Of a DNA stretch of 64,000 nucleotides, positions 10,003-20,346 are shown one piece after another. The translations under genes and the position numbers were made by a program. The DNA comes from Candidatus Woesebacteria bacterium RBG_13_46_13 (lineage in GTDB: Bacteria > Patescibacteriota > Microgenomatia > UBA8517). Below the pieces are notes generated by a model that was given only the letters and a program-made list of their open reading frames with translations, searched no databases and was not told where the DNA came from. Every line of letters begins with the position of its first letter. Position 1 is the first letter of the stretch. The stretch covers positions 89,543-153,542 of the forward strand of contig MGFR01000003.1 of the NCBI GenBank assembly GCA_001791995.1, written 5' to 3'.

Positions 10003-11667
10003 TTAAGCGTATAAAGGCTCAAGTATGTTTCTGCCCGACATTGCCGAAGGTGGGGTCAAACCCAAGAGGTTAAGAATCGTTGGAGCTACATCGGCCAAAA
10101 TTCCGGCAGGCAGAACCTGGGGACGACCGATTAGGTCCTTGGATATAACGATAAAGGGGACAGGATTGGCGTTATGTTCGGTATCAATCTCGCCGGTGTG
10201 GGTATTAATCATTTCTTCGGCATTGCCGTGATCGGCGGTTATGATCAGAATTCCCTCGTAGGCCAGAACGAAACTGGCGATTTTCCCGATACACTCATCC
10301 ACCACTTCGCAACCCTTGCTGGCGGCCCCGATATTGCCGGTGTGACCTACCATGTCTGGATTGGCAAAATTGACCAAAATAAACGAATAGTCGATGGAAT
10401 TTCTTAATCTCGAAAGCAATTTAGCCGTAAGTTCCCTGGCGCTCATTTCCGGCAAAAGATCGTAGGTGGCTACTTTTGGCGAAGAAACGATATCCCGTTC
10501 TTCTCCCGGAAAAGCAGCTTCCTGCTGGCCATTGAAATAAAAAGTTACAAATCGTTCTTTCTCCGATTCGGACATTCTTAGCTGTTTGAGGTTATGTTCC
10601 GAAATTACTCTACCTAAAGGCATTTCCACGATTTCGGGGGGAAAGGAGACCTTCACCCCGGCTGCCACCAAAGGCTTGGCATACTCGGTCATACTGGCGA
10701 AGTAAAGATTATTCAGAGACGGACCCCTTTGAAAAGAAGACTGGGTTTTGGGCTCTACAGACAAATGGGATTTGGTATATTTGACCAGGTAGGGGTCAAA
10801 CCCCCAGCTTATTGATTCCGGATTAAAATCCTTGAAAACAAAAGCGCTGGTTAATTGCCTCGGCCTGTCGATTCTGAAATTGAAGAAAATTACCGAATCG
10901 TTATCGGCAATCGTAGCCACTGGTTTTCCGTCGGTTCCCGCAATCAGACATGGTTCTATAAATTCATCCGTCTTGCCTTGCGAATAGGAAGTTTGGATAG
11001 CCTGTTCGTAACTGGTTACCAAATTTCCCTGTCCTTGGGTAAGAGCCGCATAAGCCTTGGCCGTTCTTTCCCAACGAAAATCACGATCCATTGCCCAGTA
11101 ACGTCCCATTACGGAGGCAATAACACCAGTACCAGCCTTTGCTGCAACATCGGCGATGCTTTTTATATAGATAGTTGCCGAGGTTGGAGGAGAATCTCTG
11201 CCGTCGGTAAATAAATGCAGAAAGACGTTCTTAAATCCTTCTCTTTTGGCCAGCTGAATTAAAGCAAAAAGGTGAGATATGTCGGAATGAACCCCCCCTG
11301 CACCCACCAATCCCATCAAGTGCAGCCTGGAGTTGTTTCTTTTAGCGTGATTGATGGCCTCCAGAAGTACGGGGTTTTTGAAAAAGGACCCATCGGCTAT
11401 CGACATGTTTATCCTGGCCAAATCCTGATATACGATTCTGCCCGCCCCCAGGTTAAGATGTCCTGTTTCGGTATTACCGGCCTCTCCCCGGGGCAAACCT
11501 GCCGCTTCACCCGAAGCCACCAGTTGGGTATGGGGATAAGAAGCCGTAAAACGGTTAATGTTGACGGTATTGGCCAAGGAAATGGCATTGCCGGGACCGG
11601 GTGAAGCCAGACCCCATCCGTCCAGAACCGCCAAGCAAACGAATTTTGCAGGTTGGGGAGAAATCAT
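10003..11667 (-). CDS. gpmI: 2,3-bisphosphoglycerate-independent phosphoglycerate mutase
   Basis: LDGWG, GNTETGHLNLGAGR, NPDMVGHTG, TADHGNAE. Confidence 0.96.
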   Translation of the reverse strand: MISPQPAKFVCLAVLDGWGLASPGPGNAISLANTVNINRFTASYPHTQLVASGEAAGLPRGEAGNTETGHLNLGAGRIVYQDLARINMSIADGSFFKNPVLLEAINHAKRNNSRLHLMGLVGAGGVHSDISHLFALIQLAKREGFKNVFLHLFTDGRDSPPTSATIYIKSIADVAAKAGTGVIASVMGRYWAMDRDFRWERTAKAYAALTQGQGNLVTSYEQAIQTSYSQGKTDEFIEPCLIAGTDGKPVATIADNDSVIFFNFRIDRPRQLTSAFVFKDFNPESISWGFDPYLVKYTKSHLSVEPKTQSSFQRGPSLNNLYFASMTEYAKPLVAAGVKVSFPPEIVEMPLGRVISEHNLKQLRMSESEKERFVTFYFNGQQEAAFPGEERDIVSSPKVATYDLLPEMSARELTAKLLSRLRNSIDYSFILVNFANPDMVGHTGNIGAASKGCEVVDECIGKIASFVLAYEGILIITADHGNAEEMINTHTGEIDTEHNANPVPFIVISKDLIGRPQVLPAGILADVAPTILNLLGLTPPSAMSGRNILEPLYA

Positions 11668-11670
11668 TTG

Positions 11671-12942
11671 TTATTTCCTTAAACGGGTAAGCTCAACCTC
11701 AATTGCGGAGAGTCTGTTGTATTTTGCCACCCGTTCGCCTCTGGCCGGAGCGCCGAATTTTGCATAATCTGCCCCAACCCCGACAGCAAAATCCGCGATG
11801 AAATAATCGTTGGTTTCCCCGGAGCGGTGCGAAACAATTATCTTAAAGGCCGCGTCTCTGGCCTGCTTGATAACCTTGATGGTTTCGCTAACCGTTCCTA
11901 TCTGATTTGGTTTAATCAGGATGGAGTTGCAGGCCTTCTCGGCAATTGCTTTCTCAAGTCTTTTGGGGTTGGTTGCCAAAAGGTCATCTCCCACTATGGT
12001 TACAACAGATCCCATGGTCTCCGAAAGTTTTATCCAGCTTTCCCAGCCATCTTCTTGGAAAGGATCTTCAAGTATTGCCAGGTGGTACTGCTCGTTTAGG
12101 CCTTTATAGTACTCAATCATCTGGTTATCCGTCATCGGCGAGGACTTGTCCCGTATCGAATATTCACCGTTCTTGAAAAACGAGTTGGCAGCAACATCCA
12201 ATCCCAAAAATACGTCCCGGCCGATTGAATACTTGGTTTGTCTAATCGCCTCAACAAAAACCTCCAAAGCATCGGCATTGGTAAACAGGTTGGGTGCGTA
12301 GCCGCCTTCGTTGCCGACCGAGTGAATCGCACCCCTTCTGGCCAAATTCTCACCGATAGTTAAGTAAACCTCCACTCCCAACTGAATCCCCTGGCTGAAG
12401 GTTTTGGTTGAGGCCGGGATTACATGGAATTCCTGAAAGTCCAAATTTCCCGCTCCGTGGAGGCCTCCGTTGATCATGTTAAAAAGAGGTGTTGGAATTT
12501 TTAAGGAAGGTTTGAGTCCGATTTTCTGGGATAGATAATTTATCCAGACATAAAGATCAAGTCTGGAAGCCGCGGCTCCGGCCTTGGCCACGGCCATTGA
12601 AATCGCCAGTATTGCATTACCCCCGTATTTTGTCTTGTTCTCGGTACCGTCTAGGGCGTCAAGTTTTTTATCTATTTCTTCCTGGTTCACTGGGTCCATG
12701 CCGATAACTGCCGGACCCAAAACGGTATTGACGTTGGCAACTGCCTTAAGAACTCCTTTGCCCAGGTAGCGGGGATTATCCGTATCCCTTAACTCCAGGG
12801 CTTCGTAGGCACCGGTGGAGGTCCCTGCCGGAACGGAGGCCACCGAAACTGCCCCGGAATCCAGCATGCAGGCCGCCTCCACTGTGGGGATTCCTCTGGA
12901 ATCCAAAATCTCTCTCGCCCATATTTTGGCTATCTTTGCCAT
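11671..12942 (-). CDS. eno: Enolase
   Basis: REILDSRG, ILIKPNQIGT, SHRSGET, ERVAKYNRL. Confidence 0.97.
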   Translation of the reverse strand: MAKIAKIWAREILDSRGIPTVEAACMLDSGAVSVASVPAGTSTGAYEALELRDTDNPRYLGKGVLKAVANVNTVLGPAVIGMDPVNQEEIDKKLDALDGTENKTKYGGNAILAISMAVAKAGAAASRLDLYVWINYLSQKIGLKPSLKIPTPLFNMINGGLHGAGNLDFQEFHVIPASTKTFSQGIQLGVEVYLTIGENLARRGAIHSVGNEGGYAPNLFTNADALEVFVEAIRQTKYSIGRDVFLGLDVAANSFFKNGEYSIRDKSSPMTDNQMIEYYKGLNEQYHLAILEDPFQEDGWESWIKLSETMGSVVTIVGDDLLATNPKRLEKAIAEKACNSILIKPNQIGTVSETIKVIKQARDAAFKIIVSHRSGETNDYFIADFAVGVGADYAKFGAPARGERVAKYNRLSAIEVELTRLRK

Positions 12943-12943
12943 A

Positions 12944-15205
12944 TTATTTGCCTGACAATACTTTCCTTTCCGCTTCTATTATTACATTTCTAACCCGGTT
13001 TACAGCATCGGGATTTACGGAAATGCTGGTAACGCCGTAGCCGACCAGCTTTTCGACCAGGTCTTCATAAACGGAAGGCGCTTGTCCGCAAATGGATGAG
13101 CTAACCCCCAATTTATTGCACTTCCTGATTACTCTCCTTAAAGACCAAAGCACCGAGGCGGATCGCTCGTCAAAGGCTTTGGCAACCTCCGAATTATCCC
13201 GGTCGGTTCCGAGAAGTAACATTGTCAAATCGTTTGAGCCGACCGAAACCCCCTCAATGCCCACTTTAATAAAATCCTCAATCAGAATTACGTTTACCGG
13301 TAACTCCACCATCATCCAGAACTTAAAAGTCGGGCTCTCAAAAAATCCTTCTGCGGCTACAATCCTTCTGATGGTGGCCAGCTCTTCGGTTGATCGGACG
13401 AAGGGAACCATCAACCAGAGATTTTTGTATTTCTGACGTACCTTCTTGATGGCTTGAAGTTCCAAGTTAAACACATCGGGATTGGCTACGTAGCGGAAGG
13501 CACCCCTGAAGCCCAAAAGAGGATTCGGCTCTTCCGGCTCCCAGTATTTTCCTCCCGGAAGTGCCCGGTATTCATTGGTTTTAAAATCCGTGGCCCGATA
13601 AACCACGGGTCTGGGCTCAAATGCCTCGCAAAAAGTTTCAATATCGTGAGCCAGTTTGTCAATAAATTTATCCTGCTTTTTGTTTTTGATTGCCTCCTTG
13701 GGATGAATTCCAATGTTGGCAATCATAAACTCGGCTCTTAAAAGTCCTACACCGTCGACATTTAATTTGGATATCTCTTTTGCCCTTTCCGGTTCTCCCA
13801 GATTAACGTAGAGCCTGGTTGCGGTTTTAGTCTGAGTCGGTTTAACCTCTTTTTCCTCTTTAACAACGTGTGCGACTTTACTGCCCAGGAAAACCTGGCC
13901 GGCGTCACCATCGACCGTAACAATTGAGCCAGCTTTCAATTCACTTGTGGCCATTTTGGTCCCCACCACACAGGGAATTCCCAGCTCTCGGGAAACGATG
14001 GCAGCATGCGACGTTTGTCCCCCTTGATCGGTGACGATGGCAACGGCCTTCCTCATGGCCGGAACAAAATCGGGTGAGGTCATCGGGGCAACTAGGATAT
14101 CTCCTTTTTGCACCTTTTCGATTTCCTTGGCTGTTTTGATGATTGTAACCGGCCCTGAGGCGGTCCCGGGGGAAGCGGGAGTTCCGGTTAAGATTGAGGT
14201 TAAGGCGGAGGTATAGTCCTGGCCTTTAGCCTCGACCGCCTTTTTGGTGGTAGTAACCGGTCTGGTCTGGACAAGATAGAGATTCTTGCCTTCTTTTGCC
14301 CATTCCGCGTCCTGGGGAAAATAGTAGTGTTTTTGCAGGGCCTCGGCGATTTTCGCCAGCTTAACAATCTCCTCGTCGCTAATCTTTTGCCTGTCGCGTA
14401 TTTTTGGCGGCACATCTCTTTGGCTGGTTTCAGTTCCCTTTTTAATAAGCTGAACCGACTGGTCGGAAACCTGTTTGGAAAGAATCGCGTAAGTTCCTTT
14501 TTGAACAACATACCTATCCGGAACAACCTGACCCTGAACGATCATTTCGCCCAAACCCCAAACCGCTTCGATAACAATCCTGTCTTTTTCGTTGGTTACT
14601 GGTTCGATGGAAAACATTACACCGGAGACCTCCGATTGAACCATTTTTTGGACGATAACCGAGATTTTGACCTTCTCGTGGGGTACTTTGTTCTCAACCC
14701 GATAAAATATCGCCCGGGGGGTAAAAAGCGAAGCCCAGCATTTTCTGGTGGCGTTTAAGAGGTTTGCCTCCCCTTGAATGTTAAGCAGTGTCTCCTGCTG
14801 TCCGGCGAAAGAGGCTTCGGGAAGATCCTCGGCAGTTGCCGAAGAACGTACGGCCACCAAGGCTTTCCTTAAGGGACCGGAAAGTCTCTTGTATGATTTA
14901 ATTGTGGCATCCGCTACTTCTTTGGGAATTTCTCCCGAAAGGATAAGTTTTTGGATGGTTTTGGAAGCGTGGTTAAGCTGTTGCGGGTCGTTGTGGTCGG
15001 TAGTTTTTAAGATTCGGGTGACTTCTTGCAACAGATTGTTTTGTCCAAGAAATAAATCATAGGCTACAACAGTTATGGCAAAACCGTTGGGTACTGGAAA
15101 ACCCGAATTGGCCATCTCGCCCAAATTCGCTCCTTTGCCACCAACCAAGGGGATATCCTCCTTCTGGATATCCTTAAAAAAAGCAATTAAGGGCCGAGCA
15201 GGCAT
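12944..15205 (-). CDS. ppsA: Phosphoenolpyruvate synthase (pyruvate, water dikinase)
   Basis: VGGKGANLGEM, AVRSSATAED, phospho-His TSHAAIVSRE, GLLRAEF, SNDLT. Confidence 0.95.
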   Translation of the reverse strand: MPARPLIAFFKDIQKEDIPLVGGKGANLGEMANSGFPVPNGFAITVVAYDLFLGQNNLLQEVTRILKTTDHNDPQQLNHASKTIQKLILSGEIPKEVADATIKSYKRLSGPLRKALVAVRSSATAEDLPEASFAGQQETLLNIQGEANLLNATRKCWASLFTPRAIFYRVENKVPHEKVKISVIVQKMVQSEVSGVMFSIEPVTNEKDRIVIEAVWGLGEMIVQGQVVPDRYVVQKGTYAILSKQVSDQSVQLIKKGTETSQRDVPPKIRDRQKISDEEIVKLAKIAEALQKHYYFPQDAEWAKEGKNLYLVQTRPVTTTKKAVEAKGQDYTSALTSILTGTPASPGTASGPVTIIKTAKEIEKVQKGDILVAPMTSPDFVPAMRKAVAIVTDQGGQTSHAAIVSRELGIPCVVGTKMATSELKAGSIVTVDGDAGQVFLGSKVAHVVKEEKEVKPTQTKTATRLYVNLGEPERAKEISKLNVDGVGLLRAEFMIANIGIHPKEAIKNKKQDKFIDKLAHDIETFCEAFEPRPVVYRATDFKTNEYRALPGGKYWEPEEPNPLLGFRGAFRYVANPDVFNLELQAIKKVRQKYKNLWLMVPFVRSTEELATIRRIVAAEGFFESPTFKFWMMVELPVNVILIEDFIKVGIEGVSVGSNDLTMLLLGTDRDNSEVAKAFDERSASVLWSLRRVIRKCNKLGVSSSICGQAPSVYEDLVEKLVGYGVTSISVNPDAVNRVRNVIIEAERKVLSGK

Positions 15206-15251
15206 TAGTCAATTATAAATTACAATTCACAAATGATAAATGGGGTGAGTC

Positions 15252-16316
15252 TTATAATTTGCTTTTGAAATAATCGACCCAGGGAATCGGAGTCGGGTCG
15301 ATATCGTAAAGAACGGCCAGATACAAACTCACAAAACTTCCAAGTACCAACAGCTCATAAACCTGCTGTAGCTTTGTATCAGATTGCAGTTTATAGACCG
15401 AGGCTCCGACCCCGTTTTGCTCGATAACATCCAGACTCACCGGATACCTCTTTTTAATTTCCGCTGAATACAAATCCGATTCCAGTAAAAGAAAATACAA
15501 GAACTTCTTGGCCAAAGCGGGATTTTTTAAGCCCTCCAAAAGATGGTGGTTCATCTCGGGAATATCGAATAATAGAGAAAAGGTTTTTGAATTTTCGTTT
15601 AATTGGTTTTTGAATGCGTGGCCAGCCCCCACCAGGTGTTCGCTGGCAATAATCACCGGAATTTTATCTTTAAGCTTAAGCGCCAGACTTTTGGCCGAAT
15701 TTTTGTCGTTCGGGCTGTCGGGACCGAAATCGGCCATCAGCTCTCCCATCAAGCGTATTACCCCGACAAAGTCGGAGTGGGTAAAGTCGATAAATTTCAG
15801 TTTGGAAAGAACAGTTGCCACGGCCGTGATTGAATAGCCCAAGCCCATTCTGGGCTGGTTAGAGGGATTTGCGTTTGGGGTAAAAACATAGGCAGGTAAT
15901 TTCTTTTTCTTTAAAATTTCTTCCATTTTGCCGCCAGTGCAAATTCCGAAAACCATAGCTTTTTTGTCAATCGCATCTTCAAGGGCCGAGAGCGTCTCGG
16001 CGGTGTTACCGGAATAGGAGGAAGCAATAACCAAAGTGTTCCGGTTGACGTATTTGGGCAGTGTCGGTTCGGTAAATATCTCCAATGGTGCCCTGATGGT
16101 GCCCAAGGTTAAAGCATCGATTATTCTTCCTCCCAGGGCAGAACCGCCCATGCCGGTAACGACGATATTTTTGGCTTGAGAATATTGTTCGGGGATTTCT
16201 ATTTTGGATACTTCCCTAAAAGCCGCATCTACCTGATGCGGCAAGGCAATTATCGAATCCAATATTCCGCCTTTATCTATTTTTTTGACTGCGTTATGGG
16301 AACTGATGTCGCTCAT
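15252..16316 (-). CDS. Bifunctional phosphoglucose/phosphomannose isomerase (SIS)
   Basis: GMGGSA, SYSGNTAET, QPR, QLNENSK, PEMNHH. Confidence 0.9.
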   Translation of the reverse strand: MSDISSHNAVKKIDKGGILDSIIALPHQVDAAFREVSKIEIPEQYSQAKNIVVTGMGGSALGGRIIDALTLGTIRAPLEIFTEPTLPKYVNRNTLVIASSYSGNTAETLSALEDAIDKKAMVFGICTGGKMEEILKKKKLPAYVFTPNANPSNQPRMGLGYSITAVATVLSKLKFIDFTHSDFVGVIRLMGELMADFGPDSPNDKNSAKSLALKLKDKIPVIIASEHLVGAGHAFKNQLNENSKTFSLLFDIPEMNHHLLEGLKNPALAKKFLYFLLLESDLYSAEIKKRYPVSLDVIEQNGVGASVYKLQSDTKLQQVYELLVLGSFVSLYLAVLYDIDPTPIPWVDYFKSKL

Positions 16317-17650
16317 TTTTTGATAACCTGATTAACCAACTCCAATCCTTTCTTTAATAATTCCTCGGCTTCCTCCTTTTTTTTGCTTTCGGCAAAAACC
16401 CTAAATTCGGGGGCGTTTAAGGATGAGCGGAAGAGTATCCAGCTGCCGCCTACCAGCCAAATTTTTAGTCCGTCCGTCTCATCCGTTTTTTCTCCTTTAA
16501 AATTGCTTTTTGCTTCTTGAATGATTTTGTCTTTTAAGCTCCACTCGTATTCTATCTTGTCTCTGGCCAGAAAATACTTTGGTAGGGTGGCGATTAAATC
16601 CGAAAGTTTTGCGCTTTTGGCCGCCAGAATATTTAAAATTTCAACCGTGGTCCTGCCTCCGTCGCGGCTATGCATTTCGGCAAATATCCCTCCGCCGTTG
16701 GCTTCGAAACCGAATGAGGCGCCTACCTCTTTCATCTTTTCCACCACATAGGCGGAGCCGACCTTGGTCCTTAAGACCTTTTTTCCGGCTGCTTCAACCA
16801 CCTGTGAGGTGTTAATGGGGGTAACCACAGAATCTCCCTCGGACTGCCTGGCAATAATTGTTCCCGTATAGTCTCCGGGAATATAATTACCTTTCTCGTC
16901 GATAAAGACCACCCTGTCTCCGTCGGAATCGTAACCTATCCCGAAATCAGCATTCTCGTTAACAACCGTTTCCTGCAGCTCTTTAAAATCTCCCTCAACT
17001 TCCGTGTCTCTGGAGTAAAACACCCCCTGGACGGAAGCGTTTAGCTCAATTACGTTAAGACCCAGCTGTCTTAAAACCCAGGGCGCTACGTCGCTCTGGG
17101 CTCCGTTTCCGGGATCCACAACCACCTTCCAATTGGGGTAAGGCAATTTGGCTTTTGAGACAAGGTATTCCTTGTAAGCAGAAGGGGCAGCGTCATCGGC
17201 AACCATTACTTCGCTTTTGTCCGAATAAGTAACCTGATTCTTAATTTCCCGGTATATTTCGTGAATTTTCGCCTCATGGGCCTTAAGAATTTCTTCCCCG
17301 AATGCAAAAAATTTCAATCCGTTTAAATGGGGTTTGATATGGCTGCCGGAAACCATCGTACTGCCGGCAAAAAAAGGTTGGGCCTTAAGAATATAATTCA
17401 CCGAAGGAATGGGGGTAACCCCCTCGTCGAAGACCTCCCTGCCTTCATAGATCAGACCCGAAGCGTAGGCGGTCTTTATTCTCGGGCTGGATTCGCGCGG
17501 ATCCATGCCGATTGCCACTTGGCCGACGGCTTTTCCTTGGCTCAGAAAGATGGCAAAGGTTCTGCCGATATCAAAACAAAACTGATTGCTAAAAAGTTCT
17601 TTGGCGTCACCCCTTATCCCTGTGGTTCCGAAAAGAGTACCGTCCGGCAT
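16313..17650 (-). CDS. Phosphoglucomutase/phosphomannomutase
   Basis: FGTTGIRG, phospho-Ser SGSH, metal loop DSDGDR, GFEANGG. Confidence 0.92.
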   Translation of the reverse strand: MPDGTLFGTTGIRGDAKELFSNQFCFDIGRTFAIFLSQGKAVGQVAIGMDPRESSPRIKTAYASGLIYEGREVFDEGVTPIPSVNYILKAQPFFAGSTMVSGSHIKPHLNGLKFFAFGEEILKAHEAKIHEIYREIKNQVTYSDKSEVMVADDAAPSAYKEYLVSKAKLPYPNWKVVVDPGNGAQSDVAPWVLRQLGLNVIELNASVQGVFYSRDTEVEGDFKELQETVVNENADFGIGYDSDGDRVVFIDEKGNYIPGDYTGTIIARQSEGDSVVTPINTSQVVEAAGKKVLRTKVGSAYVVEKMKEVGASFGFEANGGGIFAEMHSRDGGRTTVEILNILAAKSAKLSDLIATLPKYFLARDKIEYEWSLKDKIIQEAKSNFKGEKTDETDGLKIWLVGGSWILFRSSLNAPEFRVFAESKKKEEAEELLKKGLELVNQVIKK

Positions 17651-17654
17651 TAAC

Positions 17655-18335
17655 TCATTCTAGTTGGGAGAGGATAATCTGGTCAAGGAGTGGGGCCAGT
17701 TCGTCTTGGGAGGTCTTGGCTTTGATGTCCGCCTCGGCCAGAAGTCCGATGATTTTTTCGATTTGTTCTTTGGAAAACCTTTTTGATTGGCCACCGATCT
17801 TCAAAATTCTCCAGTCCTGGGCGTAGGGTAACTTCGTCAAATTGAGTTTCGCCCAGTATAAATCCCGGACGTGCCGGGACAAAAGAAAGAAAACCCGCTC
17901 AATAGGTTCCTTTTTTAACAGCTCATGGAAAAGCTGGAGAACTTTTACTGAATTGCCGGGATAGAAAGCATCAAGAAAGGCAAAAATTGTCTTGGGAAGC
18001 TTATACTGTTCAACCCGGGCCTTCTTTCCGACCGCTTTCCTGGTGCTTGCGTTCAGAAAACCGTCGTTGAGAATTACCAGCGTCCCGGGAAGTTTCTCCT
18101 GCTCGGCTAGGGCCCACTTGAGTTCTTTACTCGTCAGCTTGGCTCCATTTTCGACAATAAAGAGCCGCTCTCCCTCAAAAAGGCTGGTTTTAGCAAGCTC
18201 CTCCGCGAAGGAAACGGGCCCTCCCGACTCATAATGGAAAATTTGCCAGTTGCGCTTTTTGGCCACCGCCACGAAAGAGGCCAGTCTTTGGCGTAAGGCA
18301 GAATAATCGTCTCCTTCCAGGAATATGATTTTCAT
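17655..18335 (-). CDS. holA: DNA polymerase III delta subunit-like
   Basis: N-terminal I-F-L-x-G-D-D, SLF motif, C-terminal LAEADIKAKT; shortened as is common in CPR. Confidence 0.7.
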   Translation of the reverse strand: MKIIFLEGDDYSALRQRLASFVAVAKKRNWQIFHYESGGPVSFAEELAKTSLFEGERLFIVENGAKLTSKELKWALAEQEKLPGTLVILNDGFLNASTRKAVGKKARVEQYKLPKTIFAFLDAFYPGNSVKVLQLFHELLKKEPIERVFFLLSRHVRDLYWAKLNLTKLPYAQDWRILKIGGQSKRFSKEQIEKIIGLLAEADIKAKTSQDELAPLLDQIILSQLE

Positions 18336-18748
18336 TGGATGTATTTTAGATATTGTGCGACTAAATATCTAACCTTGTCGTAAAATTTGTTTTTTCCTCT
18401 TCGGGTATGGGGCAGTAGACTTCCGGAAAAGTTTCTGGGAATGTGGGCTATCTCATGAAGTAGTACCTTGTCCTTTTCCGTCTCCCCCAGCCTATCGAAC
18501 TTTTCCGATATCACCTCGATAATATAGCTTGGTCTGGTACTCAGAGTAATCTGCCAGATTCTGGACAAACCCCAGATTCTGGAGATGGCCCGGGTATTGG
18601 TGCCTTGTGACCTGACGCAATAGATGGATCGTGTGTCAAGCCAGTCTAAATGAAGATTCTTAGCAAGAACGATAACCCTTTTTTTGATATCGGGGGCGGG
18701 GTTCCACTTAACAGCTCTGCCTTTATTCGATTTTGTATACTTCCGCAC
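18332..18748 (-). CDS. Putative zinc metallopeptidase (HExxH)
   Basis: KVLLHEIAHIP and RIWGL motifs; exact start uncertain. Confidence 0.7.
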   Translation of the reverse strand: MRKYTKSNKGRAVKWNPAPDIKKRVIVLAKNLHLDWLDTRSIYCVRSQGTNTRAISRIWGLSRIWQITLSTRPSYIIEVISEKFDRLGETEKDKVLLHEIAHIPRNFSGSLLPHTRRGKNKFYDKVRYLVAQYLKYIQ

Positions 18749-18977
18749 CTTCCTTGACCTCCGAATCGACTTTTAATCCTACCACATCACCCTTTTTTGC
18801 GGAATCCTTCTTCTCGTGTTCTATTTGGATGGAGGCTACCGCTTGCTCAAAAAGATCTTCTCCTCCCCGTGCGAATTTGATTTTGTCTCCTGCCGAGAGG
18901 GTACCGTCAAGTTCTACTATGGCAACGCCTATTTTGTCGTAATAATGGGTAACTTTTCCTATTTTAAGGTCAGCCAA
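18723..18977 (-). CDS. Translation-factor-like beta-barrel protein (U32 peptidase C-terminal-like)
   Basis: IGKVTHYYDKIGVA..L..GD.I motif; TTG start at 18977 preceded by GGAGGTGA. Confidence 0.75.
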   Translation of the reverse strand: MADLKIGKVTHYYDKIGVAIVELDGTLSAGDKIKFARGGEDLFEQAVASIQIEHEKKDSAKKGDVVGLKVDSEVKEGAEVYKIE

Positions 18978-19479
18978 TCTCCTCACCTCCCTTCGAATAA
19001 GTATACGCGTAACAAAGTGCAACTGCCAACGCGTCCGCGGCATTGTCGAAATGGGTTCTTTTTCGAGCCTGGCTTCGGACTTTGGCGCCGAGCACTTTCC
19101 GAAGCGCTTTCTGAACTGCTTTCTTATCTGCCCTGCCGTTACCGGCTATCATCTTCTTAATTGTACCCGGAGCAATCTCGACAACCTCTATTTTGCTTTT
19201 GGCGGCGGCCATCAGCATTACTCCCTGCGCCTGTCCGACCCTCATAGCCGTTTTGGCGTTTGCAGCAAAAAAAAGTCTTTCCATGGCCATAACATCTGGC
19301 TTAAATTCCTCTAAAAGAGATCTTAATTCTTTATGGATATTAATAAGCCTGACTCCGGGGGAGCCGTCCTTGTCGGTTTCTATCAACCCGAAGTTCTCTA
19401 CGCAAATTTTCTTTTTGTTCAGAGTGATAAAGCCGAAGCCTGTTGTTGCAGTTCCAGGGTCTATCCCCAATATTTTCAT
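18970..19479 (-). CDS. ruvC: Holliday junction resolvase RuvC
   Basis: ILGIDPG, E66-like MAMERLFF, GNGRADK, DNAADALAVA. Confidence 0.96.
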   Translation of the reverse strand: MKILGIDPGTATTGFGFITLNKKKICVENFGLIETDKDGSPGVRLINIHKELRSLLEEFKPDVMAMERLFFAANAKTAMRVGQAQGVMLMAAAKSKIEVVEIAPGTIKKMIAGNGRADKKAVQKALRKVLGAKVRSQARKRTHFDNAADALAVALCYAYTYSKGGEEIG

Positions 19480-19493
19480 ATCTAATTATACAA

Positions 19494-20267
19494 CTAAGCG
19501 CCCTGAATATAACCGCTGAAGTTTTTTCTCCTTCTGAGCATTCCTTCACTGGGGTAAAAGTAGGAACAGTAGGCTTCATCATCAAAACAGGTTATCGAAG
19601 TACCCCTAAGATCACCGCTCACGTACTGGATTTTCTCTCTCATCAGGGAAAGGATTTCCTCTGTTGCGTGCAAAAGCAGAATATCCCCTTGTTCTAAAGG
19701 CCAATCGTTTACCAGCCAGCTGGACCCTGCACTCCAGAAATAAGGGGTAAGGTTTTTGTTTTGGCACATGTCCAGAAAATTACTTGTGAATTCTCCGTAA
19801 GGAGCCCTTGCATATCTTTTTACAGCCAGAGAAAAAATGTCCCTTCCCAAGAGCCGTCTGAAAGTCTCAATCCACTCATCGTAGTCTTCGTTCCACTCGC
19901 CCCCGGTCGTTTGCAGCACTGTGCCTTTTTCAGAATGCTCCATCGTATGATAACCGATTGTGTGACCCTCTCGGGCCAGCCTTTTAAATATCTCGGGGTG
20001 GCGGGAATCACAAATTATTGCAGCTCTTCCTACAGGAAAAAATGTCGCCTGAAGATGGCACTGCTTCAATAAATCCAATACACCGACCAAAGAATCAGGC
20101 TCGAAGCAATCATCTATGGTCAGGGCGTAAAGAGGTAAATCCGTTTCTAATTTGCTAATCACCCCGGGAGATCCTCTTTCGACTACTTCAGGTCTCAAAA
20201 CAAAGGACGCCATGCTTAATCCTGAGACTTTTAGGAAATCACGCCTCGAGAGAGCTTCCTTTTCCAT
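19494..20267 (-). CDS. Polysaccharide/peptidoglycan deacetylase (CE4) with twin-arginine signal
   Basis: LSRRDFLK; CE4 motifs TIDD, HTMEH, RAPYG, DILLLH. Confidence 0.85.
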   Translation of the reverse strand: MEKEALSRRDFLKVSGLSMASFVLRPEVVERGSPGVISKLETDLPLYALTIDDCFEPDSLVGVLDLLKQCHLQATFFPVGRAAIICDSRHPEIFKRLAREGHTIGYHTMEHSEKGTVLQTTGGEWNEDYDEWIETFRRLLGRDIFSLAVKRYARAPYGEFTSNFLDMCQNKNLTPYFWSAGSSWLVNDWPLEQGDILLLHATEEILSLMREKIQYVSGDLRGTSITCFDDEAYCSYFYPSEGMLRRRKNFSGYIQGA

Positions 20268-20346
20268 TTGTGGGTATTATATGCAGATAATGCCGAAGAT
20301 TCAACCTAATTTGATATTTTTATGGAAAGATGATAACTTATGGGGC

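Noticed and set aside
20152-20346. ORF-track N-terminal extension of the VanW-like gene (likewise 3631-3723, 44212-44259, 52369-52446)
   Set aside because: These overlap divergent genes or promoters; signal peptides and SD positions indicate the later starts.
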